Origin: an uncultured Gammaproteobacteria bacterium
GTDB lineage: Bacteria > Patescibacteriota > Microgenomatia > UBA12405
NCBI GenBank assembly: GCA_964408995.1
Contig: CAYPBP010000005.1
Coordinates: forward strand, 1-55,053
Direction of reading: 5' to 3'
Length of the DNA: 55,053 bases
Shown here: piece after piece, positions 1-8,543 of the stretch
How positions within the stretch are numbered: the first letter of the stretch is position 1
Layout of the letters: every line of letters starts with the position of its first letter
Notes under the pieces: generated by a model
Told to the model about the DNA's origin: nothing
Database searches by the model: none
The model's input: only the letters and a program-made list of their open reading frames with translations
Made by a program: the position numbers and the translations under genes

Positions 1-57
1 ATAGAACGACCACCTCCTAAGTGGTAAATCCAAGTCCGATTCTTGGTGGGGATACCA
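1..57 (+). tRNA. tRNA-Arg(CCT), 5' part cut by window edge
   Basis: Anticodon stem ACCAC/GTGGT with loop CT-CCT-AA (9-25); T-arm CCAAG-TCCGATT-CTTGG (30-46); acceptor 3' strand, discriminator A and encoded CCA (55-57). Confidence 0.9.
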
Positions 58-523
58 AATAAAATTTTCTACGACTTAACATCTACGATCTAAGAACTAA
101 TTTAGGGTTTTCACCATAATTCACCGCATATAATAAAGCTAAAACATTTTTTTTCCGCGTTACTTTAATGAATTACCGCACTTTATTCTAATGTTTTTCA
201 TTACTTTTTTCTCCGCAATAAGAATACCAAAAATAACCTACCTAAATATATCTTTTAATACAAAAAGTATATATTTTTCTCCGCATTTTAATACATTATA
301 AGTCTAAAAAAACACACTTTTAACAAAAAGTCCTAAAAACGACTAAAAAAAATATATCAATTAAAATCAATTTTAAAGCTAAAAATGAACTGTAAATTAA
401 ATTTTAACCCCTTTTTTGAACCCCAAAACAACCTTTTAAATTAAAAAAAATCCTAAAAATAGACATTTTCGATATTTATCATAAAATAGCAGTCAAAAAA
501 CAGATTGCTAATTATTATTAAAA

Positions 524-1756
524 TTACCCGTTATGACAAACTAAAGTCCTAATTTCCTCTTTTTTAAATATTTCCTTAGCTAATCCTCTAACATCTTCCA
601 TACCCACTTTCTTGTATCTCTCCAATTCACTTTCTAAAGTCTCCTCACTATTCTCTAATAATAATTTTTGACCTGCAAAACCAGCCATAAAACTACTTTT
701 ATCCATTGCCAGTTTCATTTTACCCAAAAGATAATCCTTAGCCCTTTCAAATTCATCTTTTATAATTGAGTCAGCTAATATATCAATTTCTTGCCTTACA
801 ACATCCATAGCCTCATTTATCTTGTCTAAATTAACTCCCGATTGAATTGCCCAATAACCTCCCTCTTTAAACATCTCACCAACTGGCGACACATAATAAG
901 CCAAAGCTCTTTCTTCTCTAATTTTTGTATAAAGCCTAGAAGAACTGTTTCCATTCATGATGATATCTAATAATTTTAAAGCGTATTTTCGTTTATCAGA
1001 CCAACCAACAGCCATTAAACCCATACAAAAATGACCTTGTTCTAAATTTCTTTTGATCTCTTTATTTTTCTCTTTATTTAAAATCAAATCTACTTTTGGT
1101 AATACCAAATTATTAGTTATCATCTCTACACCAAAACTATCCTTAAAAAACTCAATAAAACTTTCATCTACATCTCCAGCCGCTACTAACACTATTTCAT
1201 TAGGATTAAAATATTTGTTCCTATAATTAACAATCGTTTCCCTCTCAACCTTTTTAATATTCTCAACTTCACCGATTACATCCCAACAACCAATATTAGA
1301 ACCACCATACAAAAACTTACTAAATTCCCCACTCAAACCCATCATTGGATTATCCTGATACATTCTTATCTCTTCAATAATCACTCCTCTCTCTTTAATT
1401 GTCTCTTCTTTACAATAAACTGAGTTCAAAAGAATATCTGAAATCATATCTACCGCCCATTTACCATTTTCTTTAACTGTAGTTATGTAATAAGAAGTGT
1501 ATTCATGACCCGTCCCAGCATTATAACTAGCTCCTTTACTATCAATTTCTTGGTTAATTGAACTTGCATTTGGTCTTTTCAAAGTTCCCTTAAAAGCCAT
1601 ATGCTCTAAAAAATGACTTAGGCCAAACTCGTCTTTATTCTCATATTTAGCTCCAATTTTCAAAAAAACCTCGATAGTTACCGATTTTAAACCAGGCAAT
1701 GGCACAATTATGCCTTTAATTCCATTATTTAATTTAAAGCTTTTTGCTTTATTCAT
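524..1756 (-). CDS. M16 (pitrilysin-like) zinc peptidase
   Basis: Inverted zinc motif HFLEHMAFKGT, NAGT and ERGVIIEE motifs, two-domain M16 length. Confidence 0.92.
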   Translation of the reverse strand: MNKAKSFKLNNGIKGIIVPLPGLKSVTIEVFLKIGAKYENKDEFGLSHFLEHMAFKGTLKRPNASSINQEIDSKGASYNAGTGHEYTSYYITTVKENGKWAVDMISDILLNSVYCKEETIKERGVIIEEIRMYQDNPMMGLSGEFSKFLYGGSNIGCWDVIGEVENIKKVERETIVNYRNKYFNPNEIVLVAAGDVDESFIEFFKDSFGVEMITNNLVLPKVDLILNKEKNKEIKRNLEQGHFCMGLMAVGWSDKRKYALKLLDIIMNGNSSSRLYTKIREERALAYYVSPVGEMFKEGGYWAIQSGVNLDKINEAMDVVRQEIDILADSIIKDEFERAKDYLLGKMKLAMDKSSFMAGFAGQKLLLENSEETLESELERYKKVGMEDVRGLAKEIFKKEEIRTLVCHNG

Positions 1757-1863
1757 AATCTTCCGTCTTTAAAACAACTTAACTGTTTTAGCAGTTTAAT
1801 TAACTTTCTGCTTGATATATTTGACCAATTTTATTGAACAAATTTAATAAACTATATCTTTAA

Positions 1864-4290
1864 CTATAGCTTTATTACCAAGTTTACCATTTTACCTGGT
1901 ATATATATCTCTTTAACTATCTCTTTATCCCCTATCCAAGTCTTCATTTTTTCTGTTTCTTTAGCTAACTTCAAAACTTCATCTTTACTATCTTGCATAG
2001 TAGCATCAATTGAAATTTGATCTCTCACCTTTCCGTTAATAGATATTGCTACAGTCACTTTGTCTTCAATTAAATATTCCTTATCAGCCACTGGCCAAGC
2101 AGAAGTATGAACCGATCCTAAATTATAAACAGAATACAATTCTTCAGCCAAATATGGAGCAAATGGTGCTAATAGCTTTATTAAACTCTTTATATCCTCA
2201 TTTTCAACTTTATAACTTGATAAACTTGACAAACTGTTAAGGGTTTCCATCATCTTAGCAATAGCTGTGTTGTATTTAAAATTATCTAAATCGATAGTTA
2301 CTGCCATTATTAGCTTGTTGATTAGCAACTTAACTTCTTTACTGCTAGCAATAGTGTTACCGTCTTGCGATTTAATATACTTTTCAAACCTATCTAAGAA
2401 TCTTTTAACCCCCATTAGTGTCTTTTCATTCCAAGCCATAGTTGAATCAAATGGCCCCATAAACATTAAATACATTCTTATTACATCAACTCCATAAACA
2501 TCAGCTACTGTCTCAGGCACAATCACATTACCTTTAGATTTACTCATTCTTTGATTATCTGGACCCAAAATTACCCCATGGGATAATCTTTTATAGTATG
2601 GTTCAGGTAGTTCTCTAGGAACTGCTCCTAAATCCCACAAAAACTTATAAATGAACCTAGAATAAAGCAAATGAAGCACATTATGTTCATCCCCACCAAC
2701 ATAAACATCAACCGGACCCCAGTAATTAATTAAATCTTTATCAGCCAAACAAGTATCATTATGTGGATCCATATATCTCAAAAAATACCAATCACTACCT
2801 GCCCAGTTTGGCATAGTATCAGTTTCACGAGTCGCTTCTCCACCACAAACTGGACAAGTTGTTTTTACCCAATCTGTCATTTGTGATAATGGGCTTTTCC
2901 CATCATCAGTTGGTTCATAATTTTCCACCTCTGGTAATACTACTGGTAAATTCTCTTCTTTTTCTGACACCCAACCACATTTAGGACAATTAACCATTGG
3001 AATTGGCTCTCCCCAATAATGTTGTCTTGAAAATATCCAATCTCTTAAATGATAAGAAGCTGTTGCTTCTCCAATTTTTTGCTCTTTCAACCACTCATTC
3101 ATCTTTTTAAAAGCTTCAGCTGGTACCATTCCGTTTATCGGTGGTGAATTTATCATTTCACCATTATCAACATTCACATAAGCTTCTTTATCAAAATCGT
3201 GATCTTCTTTAGGTTGAATCACTGGAATTATTTCTAAACCAAATTTCTTTGCAAAAGCAAAATCACGCTCATCATGAGCTGGAACCGACATAATTGCCCC
3301 AGTTCCATAAGAAGCCAATACAAAATCAGAAATCCAAACAGGAATTTCTTTATTATTAACTGGATTAATCGCATATAATCCCAAGAACACTCCAGTTTTA
3401 TCTTTGGAAAGTTCCGTTCTTTCTAATTCACTCTTTTTTCTAGTATTAGCTATATATTCCTTAATTTCATCATTGTCTTTTGCCATATCCAAAGCTAATT
3501 GGTGCTCTGGAGCAATCACCATAAAAGTTGCTCCAAATAATGTATCTGGCCTAGTTGTAAATACCTCTAAGCTTTCATTTCTATCTTTAATTTTAAAATT
3601 AATTTTGGCACCTTCACTTTTACCAATCCAATTAATCTGTGCCTGTTTAACCTTATCAATAAAATTAGTCTTTTCTAATCCTTCAATTAACTTATCAGCA
3701 TATTCAGTAATTCTAACCACCCACTGACTTATATTTCTTCGACTAACCTCAGCTCCACATCTTTCACATTTTCCATCAACCACTTCTTCATTAGCTAAAC
3801 CAATCTTACAACTTGGACACCAATTAATTGGCATTTCTTTTTTGTAAGCTAATCCTTTTTTAAATAATTGAATAAAAATCCATTGAGTCCATTTATAATA
3901 ACTTGGATCTGTGGTATCAACTTCTCTACTCCAATCAAAAGAATAAGCCAACCTTTTCATTTGACTTCTAAACATATCTGTATTCTCGCGAGTCACTTCC
4001 TGAGGTTTCCTTTTCATCTTAATAGCATGATTTTCTGTTGGCAAACCAAAAGCATCCCAACCCATAGGAAATAAAACATTTTCACCCTGCATTCGCTTAA
4101 ATCGAGCATAAACATCTCCACCAGTAAAAGTAAAAGCATGACCAATATGAAGACCACTTCCACTTGGGTATGGAAATTCATTTAAAACATATTTCTTTTT
4201 CTTATTAGATTTATCATCGGCCTGATACATTTTAGGATTTTCTTCCCAAAATTTTTGCCATTTTTTTTCTATTTCTTTAAAATTTTCCAT
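1864..4290 (-). CDS. leuS: Leucyl-tRNA synthetase (likely start ATG 4290)
   Basis: EFPYPSG...HIGH, GWDAFGLP, CP1 editing motifs TTRPDT and GTGAIMSVPAHD, RMSKS; the track start at 4308 lies in the terminator U-tract. Confidence 0.97.
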   Translation of the reverse strand: MENFKEIEKKWQKFWEENPKMYQADDKSNKKKKYVLNEFPYPSGSGLHIGHAFTFTGGDVYARFKRMQGENVLFPMGWDAFGLPTENHAIKMKRKPQEVTRENTDMFRSQMKRLAYSFDWSREVDTTDPSYYKWTQWIFIQLFKKGLAYKKEMPINWCPSCKIGLANEEVVDGKCERCGAEVSRRNISQWVVRITEYADKLIEGLEKTNFIDKVKQAQINWIGKSEGAKINFKIKDRNESLEVFTTRPDTLFGATFMVIAPEHQLALDMAKDNDEIKEYIANTRKKSELERTELSKDKTGVFLGLYAINPVNNKEIPVWISDFVLASYGTGAIMSVPAHDERDFAFAKKFGLEIIPVIQPKEDHDFDKEAYVNVDNGEMINSPPINGMVPAEAFKKMNEWLKEQKIGEATASYHLRDWIFSRQHYWGEPIPMVNCPKCGWVSEKEENLPVVLPEVENYEPTDDGKSPLSQMTDWVKTTCPVCGGEATRETDTMPNWAGSDWYFLRYMDPHNDTCLADKDLINYWGPVDVYVGGDEHNVLHLLYSRFIYKFLWDLGAVPRELPEPYYKRLSHGVILGPDNQRMSKSKGNVIVPETVADVYGVDVIRMYLMFMGPFDSTMAWNEKTLMGVKRFLDRFEKYIKSQDGNTIASSKEVKLLINKLIMAVTIDLDNFKYNTAIAKMMETLNSLSSLSSYKVENEDIKSLIKLLAPFAPYLAEELYSVYNLGSVHTSAWPVADKEYLIEDKVTVAISINGKVRDQISIDATMQDSKDEVLKLAKETEKMKTWIGDKEIVKEIYIPGKMVNLVIKL

Positions 4291-4306
4291 TTTTATATTA
4301 ATAAAC

Positions 4307-4330
4307 AAAAAAACCTCCTTTTGGGAGGCT
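4307..4330 (-). terminator. Intrinsic terminator of the leuS leader
   Basis: Minus strand AGCCTCC-CAAAA-GGAGG followed by a T7 run, ~17 nt before leuS ATG. Confidence 0.85.
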
Positions 4331-4356
4331 CTATATCAATAAAACTCTCCCCAGCA

Positions 4357-4395
4357 TTAGGCTAAAAGAAGAAGTCTTAAAGATGAAATTTTCAT
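4357..4395 (-). CDS. Leu-rich leader peptide MKISSLRLLLLA
   Basis: ATG AAA ATT TCA TCT TTA AGA CTT CTT CTT TTA GCC TAA; five Leu codons, four consecutive, directly before the leuS terminator. Confidence 0.85.
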   Translation of the reverse strand: MKISSLRLLLLA

Positions 4396-4415
4396 AAGCT
4401 TATTTTAACACAAAA

Positions 4416-4616
4416 TTAAAAAACCTCATTATCTTTCTGCCATTTTTCATCAACTGCCTGTTCTGTCGTTAAATACGAACCATCCTTCCACCTCATTCGT
4501 CCTTCACCTGGTTTCTTTTTCTCACTAGAACCCTCTTCTGGCTTAGGAAACCTCGCTTTCATTTCCTGTCCATTAACCATCAATTGACCATTTTTACCCA
4601 ATGATACTTCTTTCAT
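4416..4616 (-). CDS. Small hypothetical protein (66 aa)
   Basis: ATGA overlap with upstream gene; plausible composition. Confidence 0.6.
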   Translation of the reverse strand: MKEVSLGKNGQLMVNGQEMKARFPKPEEGSSEKKKPGEGRMRWKDGSYLTTEQAVDEKWQKDNEVF

Positions 4617-5371
4617 CTCATCACCATTATATCTCCTTCCTTATCTGTTCGTCTAATTTCTATCCCTTTCATTTTTAATCTATCAAAAACTTCCTTAGTT
4701 GGATGACCATATTTATTTTTTACCCCCACACTTATAATCGCCATTTCCGGTTTTAAAACATTCAGTAACTCCTCACTTGATCCATTTTTCGATCCATGGT
4801 GACTCACTTTCAGAACATCCACTTCATTTTTTAATATCTGTTGCCAAACCAATCTTTGTTCTGTTTCCAAATCTATATCCGCTGCCATAAAAATTTTTAC
4901 TTGCCCTGAGCCCACCAAAGGGTCTAAATAAGTCCAGATTCCAGCAATTGAATTCTTATTATTATCTTCATTCTCTTCGACCTTATCCTTCGGATTAACC
5001 ACCTCAAAAGACATCCAATCAGTCTTGATTAAATCAGACTGGCTCACATTTTTTGAAGTAACTAGTTGTTCAACTGTGTAATATTTCAACACATCTACTA
5101 ATCCTCCAACATGGTCACTATCCCCATGAGTAATCATTACCAATTCAATCTTTTTATCCCAAAATGGCATATAATTTTCCAAACAAGTTAATACTTTTTT
5201 ATTCTTAGGACCGGTATCAATTAACATTTGCCAGTCTTTATAAATCATCAAAGCCGCATCCCCTTGGCCCACGTCGCAAAAAACTACTTTGACTTTTTTG
5301 GATGGCAAAGTTAACCAAAATAAAATTAATAAACAAATCAAAGAAAAAAATAAAATTAATCTATATTTCAT
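4613..5371 (-). CDS. ComEC/Rec2-type metallo-beta-lactamase-fold protein (stand-alone C-terminal ComEC domain)
   Basis: CDVGQGDA, THGDSDHVGG, LKVSHHGS, NKYGHP, RTDKEG motifs; N-terminal TM helix; adjacent to comEC. Confidence 0.9.
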   Translation of the reverse strand: MKYRLILFFSLICLLILFWLTLPSKKVKVVFCDVGQGDAALMIYKDWQMLIDTGPKNKKVLTCLENYMPFWDKKIELVMITHGDSDHVGGLVDVLKYYTVEQLVTSKNVSQSDLIKTDWMSFEVVNPKDKVEENEDNNKNSIAGIWTYLDPLVGSGQVKIFMAADIDLETEQRLVWQQILKNEVDVLKVSHHGSKNGSSEELLNVLKPEMAIISVGVKNKYGHPTKEVFDRLKMKGIEIRRTDKEGDIMVMR

Positions 5372-5377
5372 AAGAAA

Positions 5378-5413
5378 CCCTCCGCCCTTCGGGCACCTCC
5401 CTTGACAGGGCGG
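5378..5413. repeat. Palindromic repeat family A (CCCT-TGAC-AGGG core)
   Basis: ccctccgcccttcgggcacctcccttgacagggcgg, near-identical to 41812-41848. Confidence 0.85.
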
Positions 5414-5424
5414 TTATTTTTTTT

Positions 5425-5507
5425 GAAATTTGAAGTTGCAATTTTTTATGGCCTTGAACGTGGGCGACCACATTCACCAGACATAAAAAATTTGTGACGA
5501 AAATTTC
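5425..5507 (+). repeat. Long hairpin repeat family B, copy 1
   Basis: ttttttatg...tgaacgtgg-GCGA-ccacattca...cataaaaaa; homologous to 48264-48340 and 49115-49194. Confidence 0.85.
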
Positions 5508-5533
5508 TAAAAAAATATTATCGAACCAAATAA

Positions 5534-6454
5534 TCATAATAATTTATCATTAGAATTTCTAAAAAATATCCAAATCAAAATCAAATAATATCCCACCATC
5601 AACATCCAATTAAACTTAATATCCACACTAGCAAAACTAAAACTTGATAGCCAATCAACCACCACTAAAATATATTTCAATAAAGGCAAGGCTAACCACA
5701 TTCCAATTTTACCTAAAATTGGAGCCAGTAATCCCAAAAAACTACTAAATATTCCCAAAATAGTTATAATCTCCACCAAAAATAAAATTAAAGCATTAGT
5801 AATTGGTGTCACCAAGCTTATTTTTCCAAAAAATAAAGCCAATATTGGCAAAATCCATAAACTTACCCAAAAAGAAGACCACAAATCACTCCACCACCTT
5901 CTTTCCTTTTTAATGTTCAAAACCACTGCTCCAAAAGCCACAAAACTTAAATAAAAACTACCACTTGAAAATACTCTATAATCAGCAAAAAACATTATTA
6001 AAACAATCAAAATTAAACTTCGTCCCAAATCAAACCTCCTTCCCAAAAGTTGTGCCCAATAAAACAAACTCATCAACAAAAATGCTCTTACCGCTGGAAT
6101 CTCAAACCCAACCCAACTCATATAAACCAAAGTAATTCCAAACCCAAAAATAATTGCTTTCTTTCTGCCAATCCAGCTTGCAAGCCTCTCCACCAATCCT
6201 TTAAAAACTAAGACTATATTCGTTCCCGAAACCACCATAATATGAATCACCCCACTATCTCTAAAATTTAAGATCGTCATCTTGTCAAAATTATCCTTAT
6301 CTCCAAACACCATTCCTGCCATTAAACTAGCTTCTCTTGGTGGCAAATTTTTAAAAATTACATCTATCAAACTATCCTTATTTACAAACTTGTACATCAA
6401 AAAGACTATTCCAAATATTCCTATCCAAACTAAAAACTTATAGTTGAATTTCAT
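5534..6454 (-). CDS. comEC: ComEC competence-domain membrane protein (likely start 6454)
   Basis: GVIHIMVVSGTNI and PAVRA motifs, many TM helices, directly downstream of comEA. Confidence 0.9.
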   Translation of the reverse strand: MKFNYKFLVWIGIFGIVFLMYKFVNKDSLIDVIFKNLPPREASLMAGMVFGDKDNFDKMTILNFRDSGVIHIMVVSGTNIVLVFKGLVERLASWIGRKKAIIFGFGITLVYMSWVGFEIPAVRAFLLMSLFYWAQLLGRRFDLGRSLILIVLIMFFADYRVFSSGSFYLSFVAFGAVVLNIKKERRWWSDLWSSFWVSLWILPILALFFGKISLVTPITNALILFLVEIITILGIFSSFLGLLAPILGKIGMWLALPLLKYILVVVDWLSSFSFASVDIKFNWMLMVGYYLILIWIFFRNSNDKLL

Positions 6455-7055
6455 TTTTAATTTTTTCAAACATTTTATCGCCAATTCCAGGTACCAATTT
6501 TATTTCATCAACAGTCTTAAATCCCCCATTTTCCACTCGATAATCAATAATCCTTTGAGCAATCGCTGGCCCTACTCCATTTAACTTATCCAATTCCTCC
6601 ACACTAGCCGAATTTATTCTAATAAATTTACCAACACTACTTGGTGAACTTATAACTTTATAACTTGATGAACTTTCCCCCATCTTGGGAATATAAATCT
6701 TCTGCCCATCAAACAACTTTTCCGCTTTATTTAAATTTAAATCTACCCAATCTCTATCAGCCTTGGCACTCAGGCCTCCTGCAGCTATCAACGCCCCATC
6801 AATTCGATCAGTATTCTTTAAATGATAAACCCCTGGTTTCATTACCTCTCCTGCTATATCAATAACTACTTCAATAGAAACTTGTACATCACTTTTAACC
6901 ACCGGGCTAATATTTTTTGACTCAATTTTTACTTCATTTTTAACCAAAAACTGATCTTTAAAATTAATCCCAATTCCTAAAATTACCAATAAAAAACCAA
7001 TCACCAATAATCCATCAACTATTTTTAGCTTCTGTATCTTTTCTAACAGCCTCAT
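6438..7055 (-). CDS. comEA: ComEA DNA receptor
   Basis: TM helix, SLBB domain (DIAGEVMKPGVY), HhH motifs (INSASVEELDKLNGVGPAIAQRII, VPGIG). Confidence 0.95.
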   Translation of the reverse strand: MRLLEKIQKLKIVDGLLVIGFLLVILGIGINFKDQFLVKNEVKIESKNISPVVKSDVQVSIEVVIDIAGEVMKPGVYHLKNTDRIDGALIAAGGLSAKADRDWVDLNLNKAEKLFDGQKIYIPKMGESSSSYKVISSPSSVGKFIRINSASVEELDKLNGVGPAIAQRIIDYRVENGGFKTVDEIKLVPGIGDKMFEKIKNEIQL

Positions 7056-7101
7056 TCATAAATCTTATCATTTTTGAAAAATACTTGATACTTAAGACAA
7101 A

Positions 7102-7761
7102 ATGCTAGATACTATATTAATGCCTCAAATTATTAATATAATTTTATTTTTTCTAGTCTCTCTTTTCTCTTTCTTTTTTTCTGTCTCTTCTTTTACCTAT
7201 TTCACCCCCCAATTAATCGCTCTAATATCAATTACCATAATAATTCTATATTTTTTCCAAAAAAATCTCTCCATTCATCTGATTGCTCTTTTAATCAACA
7301 CTATTATTTTTGCTACCAATGGTCTTAATTCTCCTTTTTTCTTTTTAATTTATTTTCTTTTATTTGTTATTGCTTTTCAAAGCCCAGCCACCACCACTCT
7401 TTCATATTCACTTTTTCTAGTTCTAATCCTATCACAATCTCTCAATTCTCTTATTTCTGTTATTTCTCTTAGTTCACTTTTACTAATTACTCCACTGGCT
7501 TGGTTTATTAGTAAACAATATTTAGCCAAAATTAAAGACGAAAACACTATCGCTGAAGATGAAACTGATATCTTGCTTTGGCATTCATTAAAATTAAAAA
7601 CTGGCCTATGCCAAATTATTGATGATAGCTCAGAAGTATTGTCACAACCCATTTCTCTAACTCAAAAAGAAAAAGTTTCTCATATTAAAGACTCTGCTAA
7701 ATATCTCTTAAACTCATCTGAAAAATTAACTAAAAAAATTGATCAAGAATCCGATGAATAA
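7102..7761 (+). CDS. Multi-pass membrane protein with C-terminal degenerate HisKA-like helices
   Basis: About 5 TM helices with GLNSPFFFLIYFLLF, then WHSLKLKTGLCQI; no ATPase domain. Confidence 0.75.
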   Translation: MLDTILMPQIINIILFFLVSLFSFFFSVSSFTYFTPQLIALISITIIILYFFQKNLSIHLIALLINTIIFATNGLNSPFFFLIYFLLFVIAFQSPATTTLSYSLFLVLILSQSLNSLISVISLSSLLLITPLAWFISKQYLAKIKDENTIAEDETDILLWHSLKLKTGLCQIIDDSSEVLSQPISLTQKEKVSHIKDSAKYLLNSSEKLTKKIDQESDE

Positions 7762-8497
7762 AAAACCTTTTTATTTTCTAATTGCCTTTTTATTTCTATC
7801 TGAAATCTGTCATCTGAGATCTAAAATCTGTCTTTCACAGACTTTTGAATCACCAAGTTACCATATTGATTTTGGTAATTTTAATATGACTTCCGGTAGT
7901 AAACGTTCAACTAATTATAAATTAACTGACACAGTTGGCCAAAATGCTCCTGGTCAGTTTGATAGTAATGGTTATGTTCTTAAAGCTGGTTTCCAATATA
8001 TCGACAATGGTAAAGATTGGTACTTATCTTTTAAAATTAGTAATCTAGATTTAAATTTTGGTTCCTTAGTTGCAAATGTAGGTTCAACTGTAACTAATAC
8101 CTTAACCATAAATAGTCCTTTATCCTTTGGATATGAAATTTTAGCTATTGCCAACAATCCATTAACCGCTATTGGCCAAAACAGCACTATTCCTGACACC
8201 AAATGTGATACTAATGTTTGTTCTGACTCTGTTTCTGGTCTTTGGACTAGTTCTTCAACTTATGGTTTTGGTTTTAACGCTAATGGTCATGGAACTTCAT
8301 CTTATTTCACTAACCAAAATTATTTCAGACGCTTTGCTAACAATTCTTTAAGTGAAACCCCAAAAACTATTATTTCAGAAAACAATAGAGCTATGAATCA
8401 TTCCGCTGTAATTACTTACAAAATAAATATTTCTCCATCTCAAACAGCTGGTACTTATCAAAATTCTATTAATTTTACTGCCATACCAAAATATTAA
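7754..8497 (+). CDS. Secreted WxL-like/pilin-like surface protein (likely start 7754)
   Basis: Signal peptide; C-terminal domain CSDSVSGLWTSSSTYGFG...GTYQNSINFTAIP, paralogous to 16432-17874. Confidence 0.7.
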   Translation: MNKKPFYFLIAFLFLSEICHLRSKICLSQTFESPSYHIDFGNFNMTSGSKRSTNYKLTDTVGQNAPGQFDSNGYVLKAGFQYIDNGKDWYLSFKISNLDLNFGSLVANVGSTVTNTLTINSPLSFGYEILAIANNPLTAIGQNSTIPDTKCDTNVCSDSVSGLWTSSSTYGFGFNANGHGTSSYFTNQNYFRRFANNSLSETPKTIISENNRAMNHSAVITYKINISPSQTAGTYQNSINFTAIPKY

Positions 8498-8543
8498 AAA
8501 ATATAAAATAAACTAAAACTCTATTATTCTAATAAACTAAATT

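Noticed and set aside
4296-4410. T-box riboswitch before leuS
   Set aside because: Leader is ~105 nt with no stem I and no UGGNACC T-box sequence; the leader-peptide model fits instead
4613-4616. Alternative genetic code 25 (TGA = Gly)
   Set aside because: TGA ends genes at natural boundaries (ATGA overlap here; DUF559 stop), and long genes are uninterrupted under code 11
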